Shown here: positions 8,519 through 17,447 of the stretch, piece after piece | Layout of the letters: each line of letters begins with the position of its first letter | How positions within the stretch are numbered: the stretch's first letter is position 1 | Assembly: GCA_937907055.1 (NCBI GenBank) | Contig: CALCTW010000107.1 | Span: 4,985 to 36,984 of the forward strand | Direction of reading: 5' to 3' | Source: an uncultured Clostridia bacterium | GTDB lineage: Bacteria; Bacillota; Clostridia; Christensenellales; Aristaeellaceae | Length of the DNA: 32,000 nucleotides | Program-made: the position numbers and the translations under genes | The notes under the pieces: model-generated | What the model saw: the letters and a program-made list of their open reading frames with translations, nothing else | Database searches by the model: none | Told to the model about the DNA's origin: nothing

Positions 8519-8563
8519 AACAAACAAAGGGACATCGCGGCAACGCGGTGCCCTTTGTTTGTT
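8519..8563 (+). terminator. Long hairpin terminator after the GH5 gene
   Basis: AACAAACAAAGGG..(inner CGCG-GCAA-CGCG)..CCCTTTGTTTGTT. Confidence 0.65.
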
Positions 8564-8567
8564 TGCC

Positions 8568-8596
8568 TTGGTTTTTACTTCAAAGCATGTTATAAT
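8568..8596 (+). promoter_or_regulatory. Promoter of the amidase gene (extended -10)
   Basis: TTGGTT (8568-8573), a 17-nt spacer, then TGTTATAAT with -10 at 8591-8596. Confidence 0.5.
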
Positions 8597-8717
8597 CTTT
8601 TTGAATTACCATGACACGATATCCCACTGTCAATGATAACCCGTATATATCCGGCGTGCCGGAAAACAGGATCAGACAAGCGTCTCTGACGATGACCGTT
8701 TAAAGGAGAAACACCGC

Positions 8718-10154
8718 ATGTATAATGTACTGGAAAAGAGCATCCTGCAGCTGCAATCCGATATGGCCGCGGGTGTTACCACCTCCGAGGAGATCACCTT
8801 GGGCTACCTGCAGCGCATTGCCGCACTGGATCAGGACGGGCCGAAGCTGAACTCCGTGCTGGAGATCAATCCGGATGCCGTTTTTACGGCGCGGGCGATG
8901 GACCGTGAACGCCGTCTGACCGGCGCGAGAGGTTCTTTGCACGGCATTCCCGTGCTGCTGAAGGATAATATCTCTACCGGCGACAAGCAGCACACCACCG
9001 CGGGGGCCGAAGCGCTGGCTGATCATTTCGCACTGGCGGACGCGCCGGTCGTAAAACAACTGCGCGCCGCCGGAGCAGTCCTCTTGGGCAAGACCAATCT
9101 TTCCGAGCTCGCGCGTTTTCTGAATACCCAAATCCCCAATGGTTACAGCGCGGTCGGCGGACAGACCCTGAACCCCTACGGCAAAGAGATCGATCCGTTG
9201 GGCAGCAGCACCGGTTCAGCCGTCGCGGCCGCCATGTGCTTCTGCGCGGCCGCTGTAGGCACAGAGACCTCCGGCTCCATCATCTCCCCGGCCAGCGCGA
9301 ACGGCATCGTCGGCTTGAAGCCGACGGTCGGTGTTGTCAGTCGTTCGGGTATCGTGCCCATCAATTCACAGGATACCGCGGGGCCGATGGGGCGCACAGT
9401 CGAGGATGTAGCCGTGCTGCTGAACGCGCTGAAGGGACAGGACACAGACGATCCGGCCACCCTGTGCACGGATGCGGAAGTACCGGAGGATTACACCGCT
9501 TTCCTGAACAGCGGCGCGCTCCGGGGCGCAAGGCTGGGCATCCTGATGCCGCAGGCCGGGTGGTTGAGCCGGGAACAGCTGGATCAGTACACCTCCGCGC
9601 TGCAATACCTCACCGAAGCCGGCGCTTCGATCATGACCGCTGAACTTTCGCCCGTACGCCCGGAAGCGGAGTACCTCACCGCGCCCGTCATGCAGTATGA
9701 ATTCAAGCGCTACATGGATGCCTATCTGGCCCGGTATTGCTCTCTGCCTCAGATCCGCACGCTGCATGATATCGTGTGCTATAACAACGCGCACGCCGCT
9801 ACCGCCATCCGCTACGGCCAGGATATTCTGGAGGAATGCGATCTGCGTACCACAGGCCGCATGACCGAACCGCAGTATCTGCTATAGAAGCATCGCGCGC
9901 TTACCGAAGCAGGGCCTCAGGGCATCGATCGGGTCCTGCGTGAGAATGCGCTGGACGCGCTGGTATGCCCGGCTGCCAACGCGGTGGCCGCCATGGCCGG
10001 ATACCCCATCCTGACCGTGCCCGCCGGTGTCGCGGCGGACGGCAAGCCCATCGGGCTCTCCTTCATCGGCAGCGCCTTTGAAGAAGGAAAGCTCTTAGGC
10101 TATGGCTACGCCTTTGAACAGGCTTCACGCCTTCGTGTCCTCCCCTGCCCCTGA
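8718..10154 (+). pseudogene. Amidase-signature family amidase, 478 codons, interrupted by one in-frame TAG at 9885-9887 (pseudogene under the standard code, or read-through/recoded)
   Basis: ORF 8718-9887 carries the catalytic Lys region GIPVLLKDNI and the Ser-cisSer region GSSTGSAVAAA. After the TAG the same frame stays open for 88 more codons to TGA 10152-10154. That stretch encodes the usual amidase C-terminus (..GYPILTVPAGVAADGKPIGLSFIGSAFEEGKLLGYGYAFEQA..). Confidence 0.85.
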
Positions 10155-10251
10155 CACGGTCAGGAAAAACAACATTTTGCTTGCCGTTCACCCGTGATCA
10201 CGGATATCGCGTTCTCTTCCCCATATAAAACATTATGATAAGATCATATAA

Positions 10252-10298
10252 AAAGATCCGTCTGAGATCCCGGTGTCAACCGGTCCGGACGGATCTTT
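10252..10298. terminator. Bidirectional terminator between the convergent amidase and NUDIX genes
   Basis: AAAGATCCGTC (10252-10262) / GACGGATCTTT (10288-10298) with an inner CCGGT/ACCGG stem. Confidence 0.65.
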
Positions 10299-10315
10299 GC
10301 TTGTGATTCTGTTTT

Positions 10316-10954
10316 TTACACGCGGCTCAGGAAGGTCAGCAGCGCCACCTGCGTATAGATGGAATAGAAAACACCCTGATCATCGCAGCCGTTCTTCAAG
10401 ATCCGCTGCGCGTCCGCCTTTTCCAGCAGCACAAAGCCGTCAAACAGCTCACTGCCCTCCGCGCCGCTCTGCGAAAGCGCGGACAGGTCGTGATCCCGCA
10501 GGGTGATCAGCACCATGGCGTTGCTTTCATCTGTCATGCCGGGGGTGGAAAAGAGGCAGGGGCTGATCATCTCGATGCTGTCGTTTTCCCCCACGGTCAC
10601 GCCGGTTTCCTCTTTCATCTCGCGTACCGCGGTCGCGAAGATCGCCTGTTCGCGCGGCAGCGTTTTATCCTCCGGATCGATCAGCCCGGCCGGTACGCTG
10701 AGCAGGAACTGCCACACCGGATAGCGCCATTCCCGGCTGAGCAGCAACCGCGGCGCTTCTCCGGCGTTTTCCACGATCACCACGCAGCTCACCGCGTCCG
10801 GAAGCATGGCGCGGAAAGCCGCGTCATCCTTCAGCGCCACAAGTTCCTGTTCATCCCGGCGGGTGGCGTCGTAATAATGTCTGCCCTCGCGATACTGAAT
10901 ATCAAATACACGAATAAACTTTTTATCAAACAGCTTTTCCACTTTTGTGTCCAT
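10316..10954 (-). CDS. NUDIX hydrolase (ADP-ribose pyrophosphatase-like)
   Basis: Nudix box region GLIDPED..AVREMKEETGV. I chose the start at ATG 10954 (MDTKVEKLF..) because GAGGAG lies 7 nt upstream and a terminator-like hairpin occupies the longer ORF's 5' end. Stop is TAA. Confidence 0.75.
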   Translation of the reverse strand: MDTKVEKLFDKKFIRVFDIQYREGRHYYDATRRDEQELVALKDDAAFRAMLPDAVSCVVIVENAGEAPRLLLSREWRYPVWQFLLSVPAGLIDPEDKTLPREQAIFATAVREMKEETGVTVGENDSIEMISPCLFSTPGMTDESNAMVLITLRDHDLSALSQSGAEGSELFDGFVLLEKADAQRILKNGCDDQGVFYSIYTQVALLTFLSRV

Positions 10955-10990
10955 CTTGTACTCCTCTTCCATCATCCGCAATCCGGAATG

Positions 10991-11029
10991 ATAAAAGCCG
11001 CGCGCCTCCATCGGAAGTACACGGCTTTT
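10991..11029 (-). terminator. Terminator-like hairpin after the 238-aa secreted protein gene
   Basis: On the minus strand, AAAAGCCG...CGGCTTTT is followed by TTTTAT. The loop is large (21 nt), so it may be leaky. Confidence 0.4.
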
Positions 11030-11044
11030 CATTTTCTGCTCCGA

Positions 11045-11761
11045 TCAGTGTGCTTCCGCGAAAATAATGTCATCCCGCAGACGGTACAGCGTAGCACCGT
11101 ACTTCTTGCGGCAGAATGCTTCCACGAACCAGTCGATATCCTTGTTGGCATTGAACTGCACATTCCCGTAACGGATGCCGTCGCGGCGTTCACCCTTCAT
11201 GTTGCTGTCGCACCAGGTAACGGTATCCGTGGCAGGATCGTAATCCGCAATGAAGACCAGGCTGTGCGCGCCGGTGCCGTAGTAGTAATTCGCCGCCATC
11301 TGGAAATAATCGCCCTTCTGCACCTGCATGAGGAACGCGCGGGCGTTTTCCTGATTGGCCGCCTTGCTGATGGAGGGATCATAGCGGAATTCCGCTGCCG
11401 CGTAGAAGGGATTCCCTTCCGCCGCGCTCACATCCTTCCAGCAAACGCCGTACACATAATCCTTGCACTCCGCCTTGGGCAGGTTATCCGGGATCACAAG
11501 CTGCTTATCCGGGTATTCCGCCATGCGGTAACGGCTGCGGTTCTCATTGAAGAGATACACCGTAAAATTCTTGCACACATAGATGTCCCCGGCATAATGC
11601 GCGCGCTGGGCGCGTCCGCCGGTCTCAATGTACTTCTTTTCCGCCAGATCGATAATATCCTGAATGAACTGATCACGCGCGCTCAGCGTTTCCTCCTGCG
11701 CCAAAGCCACGAAGGGCAGAAGCAGCGCCGCGATCAGCAGTAGAGAAATAACTTTTTTCAT
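11045..11761 (-). CDS. Secreted hypothetical protein, possible papain-like (NlpC/P60- or CHAP-like) Cys/His hydrolase
   Basis: Signal peptide MKKVISLLLIAALLLPFVALA; RBS GGGAGG 8 nt upstream. Candidate catalytic Cys is in GDIYVCKNFT and candidate His is in GTGAHSLVFI. The fold assignment is only a guess. Confidence 0.6.
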   Translation of the reverse strand: MKKVISLLLIAALLLPFVALAQEETLSARDQFIQDIIDLAEKKYIETGGRAQRAHYAGDIYVCKNFTVYLFNENRSRYRMAEYPDKQLVIPDNLPKAECKDYVYGVCWKDVSAAEGNPFYAAAEFRYDPSISKAANQENARAFLMQVQKGDYFQMAANYYYGTGAHSLVFIADYDPATDTVTWCDSNMKGERRDGIRYGNVQFNANKDIDWFVEAFCRKKYGATLYRLRDDIIFAEAH

Positions 11762-11851
11762 TGCTGAATACCTCCCGAGTGATGTTATCATGAACCGAAT
11801 CGCCGGATTTGTAAATACTTCTCGCGAATTTTTACAATCATTCCGCCCGGT

Positions 11852-13348
11852 TCACTCAAAACACCAGGATTCCATTTCGCAGGAAGCGGAAAAAATGAAG
11901 TAAAGATCGTGCTGACCCGTTACCTCCGCCGGAACGGTATAAGCCTCAAAGCTTTCCCCGGCCGGTACCGTGATCTCGCACACCACCGTGCCGCGAACGC
12001 TGCCGTCCCGCGCAACGCGGATGACACACCCCTGTTCGCTGCGGGCGCGGATCGTCATCCGCGCGGAAGCGTGATCGAATGTCACACCGCTGACCTTGAT
12101 CCAGTCCCCGCGGTCGATCTCCGTCACGATGGTCTCACCGTATCCGCGCACATTCACACCGGCCTGATCGCTCATGGTGGCAGCACGTACCGCGGTGAAG
12201 GGATCCAGCCCCTTCAGTTGCGGCACACCGCGCATGGTACCGCTCACCTTCAGCACCTGCGCGTCCGCCGTCACAGTCAGCTTATTGACCATGGGGCTGC
12301 GATAGTTGCCGGTGATCTTCATGCGCTGCTCCACCGGACGGGCGTGATAGAACAGATACCATTGCCCGTTCAGGCTGACGATGCTGTGGTGGTTATTGCC
12401 GTACAGACCGAAGAAATTGCCGATATTCTTGAAGAACTCACCGCCGTAGGTGTAAGGGCCCATCGGATCATCCGCCACCATGTACTCGATCGCGCCGTTG
12501 GTAATGCCCAGCGTGTTGCCGGTGGTGTTCCAGTTACTGCAATAGCTGTACACATACTTGCCGTTGATCTTATTGATCCCGCTGTCCTCAAACACATAAG
12601 GCGCCTCGATGGCTACAGGATCGCAATCCAGCGAGATCATGTCCTCCCCCAGCCGCACAATGCGGGTGGTGCCTGGCATGGCGTCTTTGCCGTTCGGCAC
12701 ACCGCCGCCAAAGGCCAGATAACCGGTACCGTCTTCATCCACCATCACGGCAGGATCGAACAGCCACAGCACATTGGCGCAATTGGGTGTCTCACGGGTG
12801 ATGAGCAGGTGCCCCAGATCATCCCGGAAGGGGCCGGCCGGATCATCCGCCACCAGCACGCCGATGCCGTTTCCGCCGTTGCAGAAATACAGGAAGAACT
12901 GTTCCCTGCCGTTGATGGTCTTATGCGCGGCGCAGGGAGCCCAGGAGCAATTCGCCCATTTGGCGATCCCCTCCGGCCCTGCCACCGGAATGGCGCCGTG
13001 ATCCGTCCAGTTGACCAGATCATCGGAGGAAATGCAGTTGATCTTGTTGATCTTTCCGTAGGTGTTCTCGATCACATTGCCGTCCCTGTCATACTCCACC
13101 ACATCATTGGTGGTATACACATACACACGGCCGTTATACTCCATCACACCCGGATCCGCCCCGAAACGCTGCGTATAGAGCGGATTGTTCTCATTGGTGT
13201 TCTTATAGGACTTTGTCAGTTTGATATCATCAAAGTTCATCATATTCTCCGTTTTCTCCGCGCGGGCCGTGCACACACACAGCCCGGCCGCGATCAGAAA
13301 AGCCGCGAACCTTTTCAGGTTCCCCTTCAGACAGTGATTCATCATCAT
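11852..13348 (-). CDS. Secreted glycoside hydrolase family 43 with C-terminal CBM6-like module
   Basis: Signal peptide MMMNHCLKGNLKRFAAFLIAAGLCVCTARA. GH43 N-terminal motif is NPLYTQRFGADPGVMEYNGRVYVYTTND. The C-terminal CBM6-like region is RGYGETIVTEIDRGDWIKVSGVTFD. RBS AGGAGG overlaps the stop of the upstream ABC gene. The true start could be any of three consecutive ATGs (13348, 13345 or 13342). Confidence 0.8.
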   Translation of the reverse strand: MMMNHCLKGNLKRFAAFLIAAGLCVCTARAEKTENMMNFDDIKLTKSYKNTNENNPLYTQRFGADPGVMEYNGRVYVYTTNDVVEYDRDGNVIENTYGKINKINCISSDDLVNWTDHGAIPVAGPEGIAKWANCSWAPCAAHKTINGREQFFLYFCNGGNGIGVLVADDPAGPFRDDLGHLLITRETPNCANVLWLFDPAVMVDEDGTGYLAFGGGVPNGKDAMPGTTRIVRLGEDMISLDCDPVAIEAPYVFEDSGINKINGKYVYSYCSNWNTTGNTLGITNGAIEYMVADDPMGPYTYGGEFFKNIGNFFGLYGNNHHSIVSLNGQWYLFYHARPVEQRMKITGNYRSPMVNKLTVTADAQVLKVSGTMRGVPQLKGLDPFTAVRAATMSDQAGVNVRGYGETIVTEIDRGDWIKVSGVTFDHASARMTIRARSEQGCVIRVARDGSVRGTVVCEITVPAGESFEAYTVPAEVTGQHDLYFIFSASCEMESWCFE

Positions 13349-13358
13349 GATCCTCCTG

Positions 13359-15239
13359 TCAGGACAGCGCTTTCTTTTCCTTCTGCAGCATATACAGGCG
13401 ATAGTAACGTCCCTGCTGCTCCAGCAGCTGCACGTGCGTACCCTGTTCAATGATCTGTCCGTGAGAAAGCACGATGATGTTATCCGCGTGCTGCACAGTG
13501 GACAGGCGGTGCGCCACGATGAGCAGCGTGCCAATGTTCATCAGCTTTTCCAGACTGTCCTGGATCAGCACTTCGGTCTCGGTATCGATATTGGCGGTCG
13601 CTTCATCCAGGATCATGATCTCAGGCGCGTGGATCACGGTGCGGGCAAAGGAGAGCAGCTGGCGTTCACCGGCGCTGAAGTTGCTGCCGCGTTCACGCAC
13701 TTCCTCATCCAGCCCATGCTCCAGACGATTGATGATGCGGTCCGCGTTCACGTAATGCGCGGCCTTCATCACCTGTTCATCCGTCACATCCTCCATGCGC
13801 AGAATGATATTGCTGCGGATGGTGCCGCTGAACAGGAACACATCCTGCAGCATCTGGCCGAAATGACGGCGCAGAGAGGCGATCTTGATCCGGCGGATAT
13901 CGATGCCATCCACACGGATGGTGCCCTTCTGGATATCATAATTGCGGCACAGCAGGGAAAGGATGGTGGTCTTGCCGCTGCCGGTGGAACCGACAAAAGC
14001 GACCGTCTGCCCCGCCTCCACACGGAAGGAGACATCCTGCAGCACCCATTCACCGGGCTTGTAGGCAAACCATACATGATCGAACTCGATCTCGCCCTTC
14101 ACGTTCTCCAGCTCGATCGCGTCAGGCTCATCCACCACTTCGGGCTGCATATCAAAGATGGTGAAGATCTTTTCGGCGCTGGCAAAGGCGCTCTGCAGCC
14201 AGTTGAACTGTTCAGCCAGGTTCTGGATGGGGTTGAAGAACTTGTTGATGTACATGTAGAAGCTGACGATCGTGGAGGCCGGAACGAGGCCGATCAGGAA
14301 GGTATGATCCAGATAGCCCATCGCCGCCAGATAGAACAGGCACATGACGCTGGAGATATACAGCATATACACCAGCGGACGGAACACGCCGAAGACATAG
14401 ATCTGGCGGAACTTGGCCTTTTTCAGGCCCTGATTCTTGCTTTCAAACTCCTGCTGCTTGCGTTCTTCACGGTTGAAGATCTGGATGATCTTCATGCCGC
14501 TCAGGTTTTCGGAGAGGAAGGTATTGATATCCGTGGTGCCGTCCTTCACCTTGCGGAAAGCCTTGCGCAGGAACTTGCGGAAGATGACCGTGAAAAGAAT
14601 GATGAACGGAACGAAGCACAGGATCATCAGCGTGAGCTGGTAGTTCAGGATCAGCATCGCGGCCAGCACGCCGAAAACGATAAAGATGTTCTTGATCAGG
14701 TTGACCAGGATCTGTGTGAACATCAGGGAGATGGCGTTGGTATCGTTGGTCACACGGGTGACCAGCTTGCCCACAGGGATCTTGCTCAGCTGATCGTGGG
14801 ACAGGCTCTCGATATGATCGAACAGCTCCAGACGGATATTGGACAGGATCTTCTGACCGGTCTTCTGCAGAATGATCGCCTGACCGTAAGAAGAGATCAT
14901 GGAAACGATCAGCATACCGGCATAGATGCCCACATAGGTAAACAGCGTGGTAAGGGTGAAGGACTCGCTGACGACCACTTCCTCCACCTTGCCCACGATG
15001 ATGGGAGAAACGATATCATAGGCAATGGAGATGAGGATCAGCAGCAGCACCGCGACGAAATGCCACTTATAGGGCTTCGCGTAACGCAGAAGGCGCTTTG
15101 TGATCTCACTGTCCTTCATGTTGCGGTCAAAGCCGATGGCTTCTTTTTTATTTTTCATGCAGGCGTAGGCAATGATGAAAACAATGGAGAAGGCACCGAC
15201 TACACCGCCTACGAGCAGCAAAGGCAGATAACGTTCCAT
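13359..15239 (-). CDS. ABC transporter, fused permease/ATPase (type I exporter half-transporter)
   Basis: Six-TM N-terminal domain. Walker A is GSTGSGKTT, signature is FSAGERQLL, Walker B is MILDEAT. Start ATG 15239 follows the upstream TAA directly (TAAGATG). Confidence 0.85.
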   Translation of the reverse strand: MERYLPLLLVGGVVGAFSIVFIIAYACMKNKKEAIGFDRNMKDSEITKRLLRYAKPYKWHFVAVLLLILISIAYDIVSPIIVGKVEEVVVSESFTLTTLFTYVGIYAGMLIVSMISSYGQAIILQKTGQKILSNIRLELFDHIESLSHDQLSKIPVGKLVTRVTNDTNAISLMFTQILVNLIKNIFIVFGVLAAMLILNYQLTLMILCFVPFIILFTVIFRKFLRKAFRKVKDGTTDINTFLSENLSGMKIIQIFNREERKQQEFESKNQGLKKAKFRQIYVFGVFRPLVYMLYISSVMCLFYLAAMGYLDHTFLIGLVPASTIVSFYMYINKFFNPIQNLAEQFNWLQSAFASAEKIFTIFDMQPEVVDEPDAIELENVKGEIEFDHVWFAYKPGEWVLQDVSFRVEAGQTVAFVGSTGSGKTTILSLLCRNYDIQKGTIRVDGIDIRRIKIASLRRHFGQMLQDVFLFSGTIRSNIILRMEDVTDEQVMKAAHYVNADRIINRLEHGLDEEVRERGSNFSAGERQLLSFARTVIHAPEIMILDEATANIDTETEVLIQDSLEKLMNIGTLLIVAHRLSTVQHADNIIVLSHGQIIEQGTHVQLLEQQGRYYRLYMLQKEKKALS

Positions 15240-15240
15240 C

Positions 15241-17004
15241 TTACTCCGCCTCCTTTGACGCGTCGTCCAGTTTCTGCAGTTCCACCATCTTGCGGTATTC
15301 CTCGCTGCGGGCCAGCAGCTCGGCATGCGTACCGACATCCGCCACCGTGCCCTCATCCATGAACAGGATCTTGTCCATGTTCTGGATCGTGGAAATACGA
15401 TGCGCGATCAGGATGGTGGTCTTCCCCTTGCGCTCATTGCGCAGGTTCTCCAGGATCTTCTTTTCCGTGCTCACGTCCACCGCACTCACGCTGTCATCCA
15501 GGATCAGCACAGGCGCGTCCTTCATGATGGCGCGCGCGATGGAAATGCGCTGCTTCTGGCCGCCGGAAACGGTCAGGCCACGTTCGCCCAGCACCGTGCC
15601 GTACTGCTTGGAGAATTCCATGATGTTCTCATGCACATCACTCATCTCCGCGGCGCGCGTCACCTGCTGCATGTCATCGTTATCGGAAGCAAAGGCGATA
15701 TTGCCCGCGATGGTATCGCTGAACAGGAAGTTATCCTGCGGCACATAGGCGCAGTGCCTGCGCACCGTGCGGATGGGCACATCATTCACATCATGCCCGT
15801 CCATAAAGAGCGTGCCGTCCGGCACATTATAGGTACGCAGGATCAGGTCCACCAGAGTCGTCTTGCCGCAGCCGGTCTTACCCACGATGCCCACGTTCTC
15901 GCCGGCATTGATCGTGAAGGAAACATTCTTCAGCGTGTCGCGCTCCGCGCCGGGATAACGGAAGGTCAGATCCTTGAATTCGATCCGGCCGGTCAGCTTC
16001 TCCACATCGCGCACATCCGCGCGGTCCACCACATCGGCTTCCTGATCCAGCAGCTCGGTGATGCGGTTAAGGGAGGCGCGGCCGCGGGAACGCATTTCGA
16101 TCAGCTGGGTGACCGCCATGATGGGCCAGATGACCGCCGTGAAATAGCCGATGAACTCGACCAGCTTGCTGGCGGAGAACGTCTGGGCGCTGGTGGCGAC
16201 CAGATAACCGCCGTAGCCCAGGATAAGGCAGATGACGCTTTCCACCAGCAGGGTGACGACGATATTCATCTTGACGGACAGCTTCACATAATTGATGTTG
16301 GCGTCTTCGTTTTCTTCATTCAGCTTGCGGAAGGCCAGCAGTTCTCTGGATTCCTTCACGAAGGCCTTGATAACGGCGATGCCGGAGAAACTCTCCTGAC
16401 TGAAATCAGACAGCGCGCTGAAGGCCTCCTGACGGACCTGCCACCGCTTGGTCAGATAGCGGCTCAGGATCAGCGAGGAGCACAGCAGCAGCGTCAGCGG
16501 GATCATGGTAAAAAGGGTCATGGTCGCGTTCACGCGGAACATTTTCACCAGCGCCATCGCGCCCAGGAAAGCCGCGTCGCCCAGCATCAGGATACCGTTG
16601 CCGAAACAATCCTGTACGGTTTCAAGGTCGTTGGTGAACAGACTCATCAGGTCGCCCACCTTGCTCTTCTGGTAATAGTACTGGCTCAGCCCCTTTAACT
16701 TATCAAACATGCGGCTGCGCAGGTCGGTCTCCACACGGATGGCCGTACCGAAGAAGCAGATACGCCACAAAAAGCGCCCCGCGACCATGCAAAGGATGAT
16801 GCGGAACATGGGCAGACACACCTCATCCAGCAGCATTTTGCCGTCAAAGGCGGGCACCTGACCGTTCAGCACATCCACGATGAAGCCATAGATCTCGGGC
16901 ACCTTCAGCTGGATAAAGTCCACCATCACCAGCGCGAACAAACCAAAGATCAGCACAGGCAGATGGCGCAGATAGTATCGGTTGATCTGTTTTCCGAAAA
17001 GCAT
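15241..17004 (-). CDS. ABC transporter, fused permease/ATPase (type I exporter half-transporter, partner of 13359-15239)
   Basis: Walker A is GKTGCGKTT, signature is VSGGQKQRI, Walker B is LILDDSVSAVD. RBS is GGAGAGG; stop is TAA. Confidence 0.85.
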   Translation of the reverse strand: MLFGKQINRYYLRHLPVLIFGLFALVMVDFIQLKVPEIYGFIVDVLNGQVPAFDGKMLLDEVCLPMFRIILCMVAGRFLWRICFFGTAIRVETDLRSRMFDKLKGLSQYYYQKSKVGDLMSLFTNDLETVQDCFGNGILMLGDAAFLGAMALVKMFRVNATMTLFTMIPLTLLLCSSLILSRYLTKRWQVRQEAFSALSDFSQESFSGIAVIKAFVKESRELLAFRKLNEENEDANINYVKLSVKMNIVVTLLVESVICLILGYGGYLVATSAQTFSASKLVEFIGYFTAVIWPIMAVTQLIEMRSRGRASLNRITELLDQEADVVDRADVRDVEKLTGRIEFKDLTFRYPGAERDTLKNVSFTINAGENVGIVGKTGCGKTTLVDLILRTYNVPDGTLFMDGHDVNDVPIRTVRRHCAYVPQDNFLFSDTIAGNIAFASDNDDMQQVTRAAEMSDVHENIMEFSKQYGTVLGERGLTVSGGQKQRISIARAIMKDAPVLILDDSVSAVDVSTEKKILENLRNERKGKTTILIAHRISTIQNMDKILFMDEGTVADVGTHAELLARSEEYRKMVELQKLDDASKEAE

Positions 17005-17050
17005 TTTTTCCTCTCCAAATCTACAGAATGCGCAGAAAACCCATAATAGA

Positions 17051-17079
17051 ATTTTACATCATTATGCGCGCTGTTTCAA
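17051..17079 (-). promoter_or_regulatory. Promoter of the ABC-ABC-GH43 operon
   Basis: Minus strand reads TTGAAA (17079-17074), a 17-nt spacer, then TAAAAT (17056-17051). Confidence 0.55.
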
Positions 17080-17143
17080 TAGATTTTTCATATTCCTGTT
17101 CACGTTTTTGGAAGGCTGATCAACATCACTTATTACAATCAGC

Positions 17144-17180
17144 CGCGGATCCCTGTCAGCCCTGCCGGAGGATCCGCGGT
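17144..17180. repeat. Perfect 10-bp inverted repeat CCGCGGATCC-N17-GGATCCGCGG
   Basis: Read directly from the sequence. It lies between the divergent ABC-operon promoter and the tRNA promoter. Confidence 0.8.
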
Positions 17181-17190
17181 AATTTTCTGA

Positions 17191-17219
17191 TTGACAGAAG
17201 CGCCCTGTACAGATATAAT
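17191..17219 (+). promoter_or_regulatory. Consensus sigma-A promoter of tRNA-Leu
   Basis: TTGACA (17191-17196), a 17-nt spacer, then TATAAT (17214-17219), 12 nt before the tRNA 5' end. Confidence 0.8.
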
Positions 17220-17231
17220 AAATAATGATGT

Positions 17232-17318
17232 GCCGGTGTGATGGAATTGGCAGACGTAGTGGACTCAAAATCCACCGCTGGCGACAGCGTGCCGGTTCGA
17301 GTCCGGCCACCGGCACCA
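17232..17318 (+). tRNA. tRNA-Leu (anticodon CAA), class II with long variable arm, encoded CCA
   Basis: Acceptor stem GCCGGTG/CACCGGC. Anticodon stem GTGGA/TCCAC with loop CTCAAAA. T-arm GCCGGTTCGAGTCCGGC. Long variable arm; 3' ACCA. Confidence 0.9.
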
Positions 17319-17324
17319 TAACTT

Positions 17325-17356
17325 CCCCGTTCCCTCATCGGGTACGGGGTTTTTTT
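17325..17356 (+). terminator. Intrinsic terminator after tRNA-Leu
   Basis: CCCCGT (17325-17330) / ACGGGG (17344-17349), followed by TTTTTTT. Confidence 0.75.
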
Positions 17357-17447
17357 CATCATATTCCGTTTCTGTCTGATTCCGTTCTTATCCATGCGCC
17401 GATCCAAGTGCTTTTCTTCATGGATCCCATATCAGAAGGAGACCGTC

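Noticed and set aside
10192-10203. 12-bp perfect palindrome CCGTGATCACGG, plus nearby TATGAT-AAG-ATCATA, downstream of the amidase
   Set aside because: These are short, lie in a convergent 3' intergenic region next to a bidirectional terminator, and have no gene to regulate. They are probably chance or part of terminator-proximal structure.
11762-13534. Long 5' extensions of the 238-aa secreted protein (from 11791) and GH43 (from 13534) ORFs
   Set aside because: The GH43 extension overlaps the 3' end of the ABC gene in another frame. In both genes a good RBS and a signal peptide start at the internal ATGs.
17232-17318. Whether the tRNA could be an amber suppressor explaining the in-frame TAGs, or a landmark for an integrated island
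   Set aside because: The anticodon loop is CTCAAAA, so the anticodon is CAA (Leu, UUG) and not CUA. There is no integrase, no direct repeat of the tRNA 3' end and no phage or transposon gene nearby.
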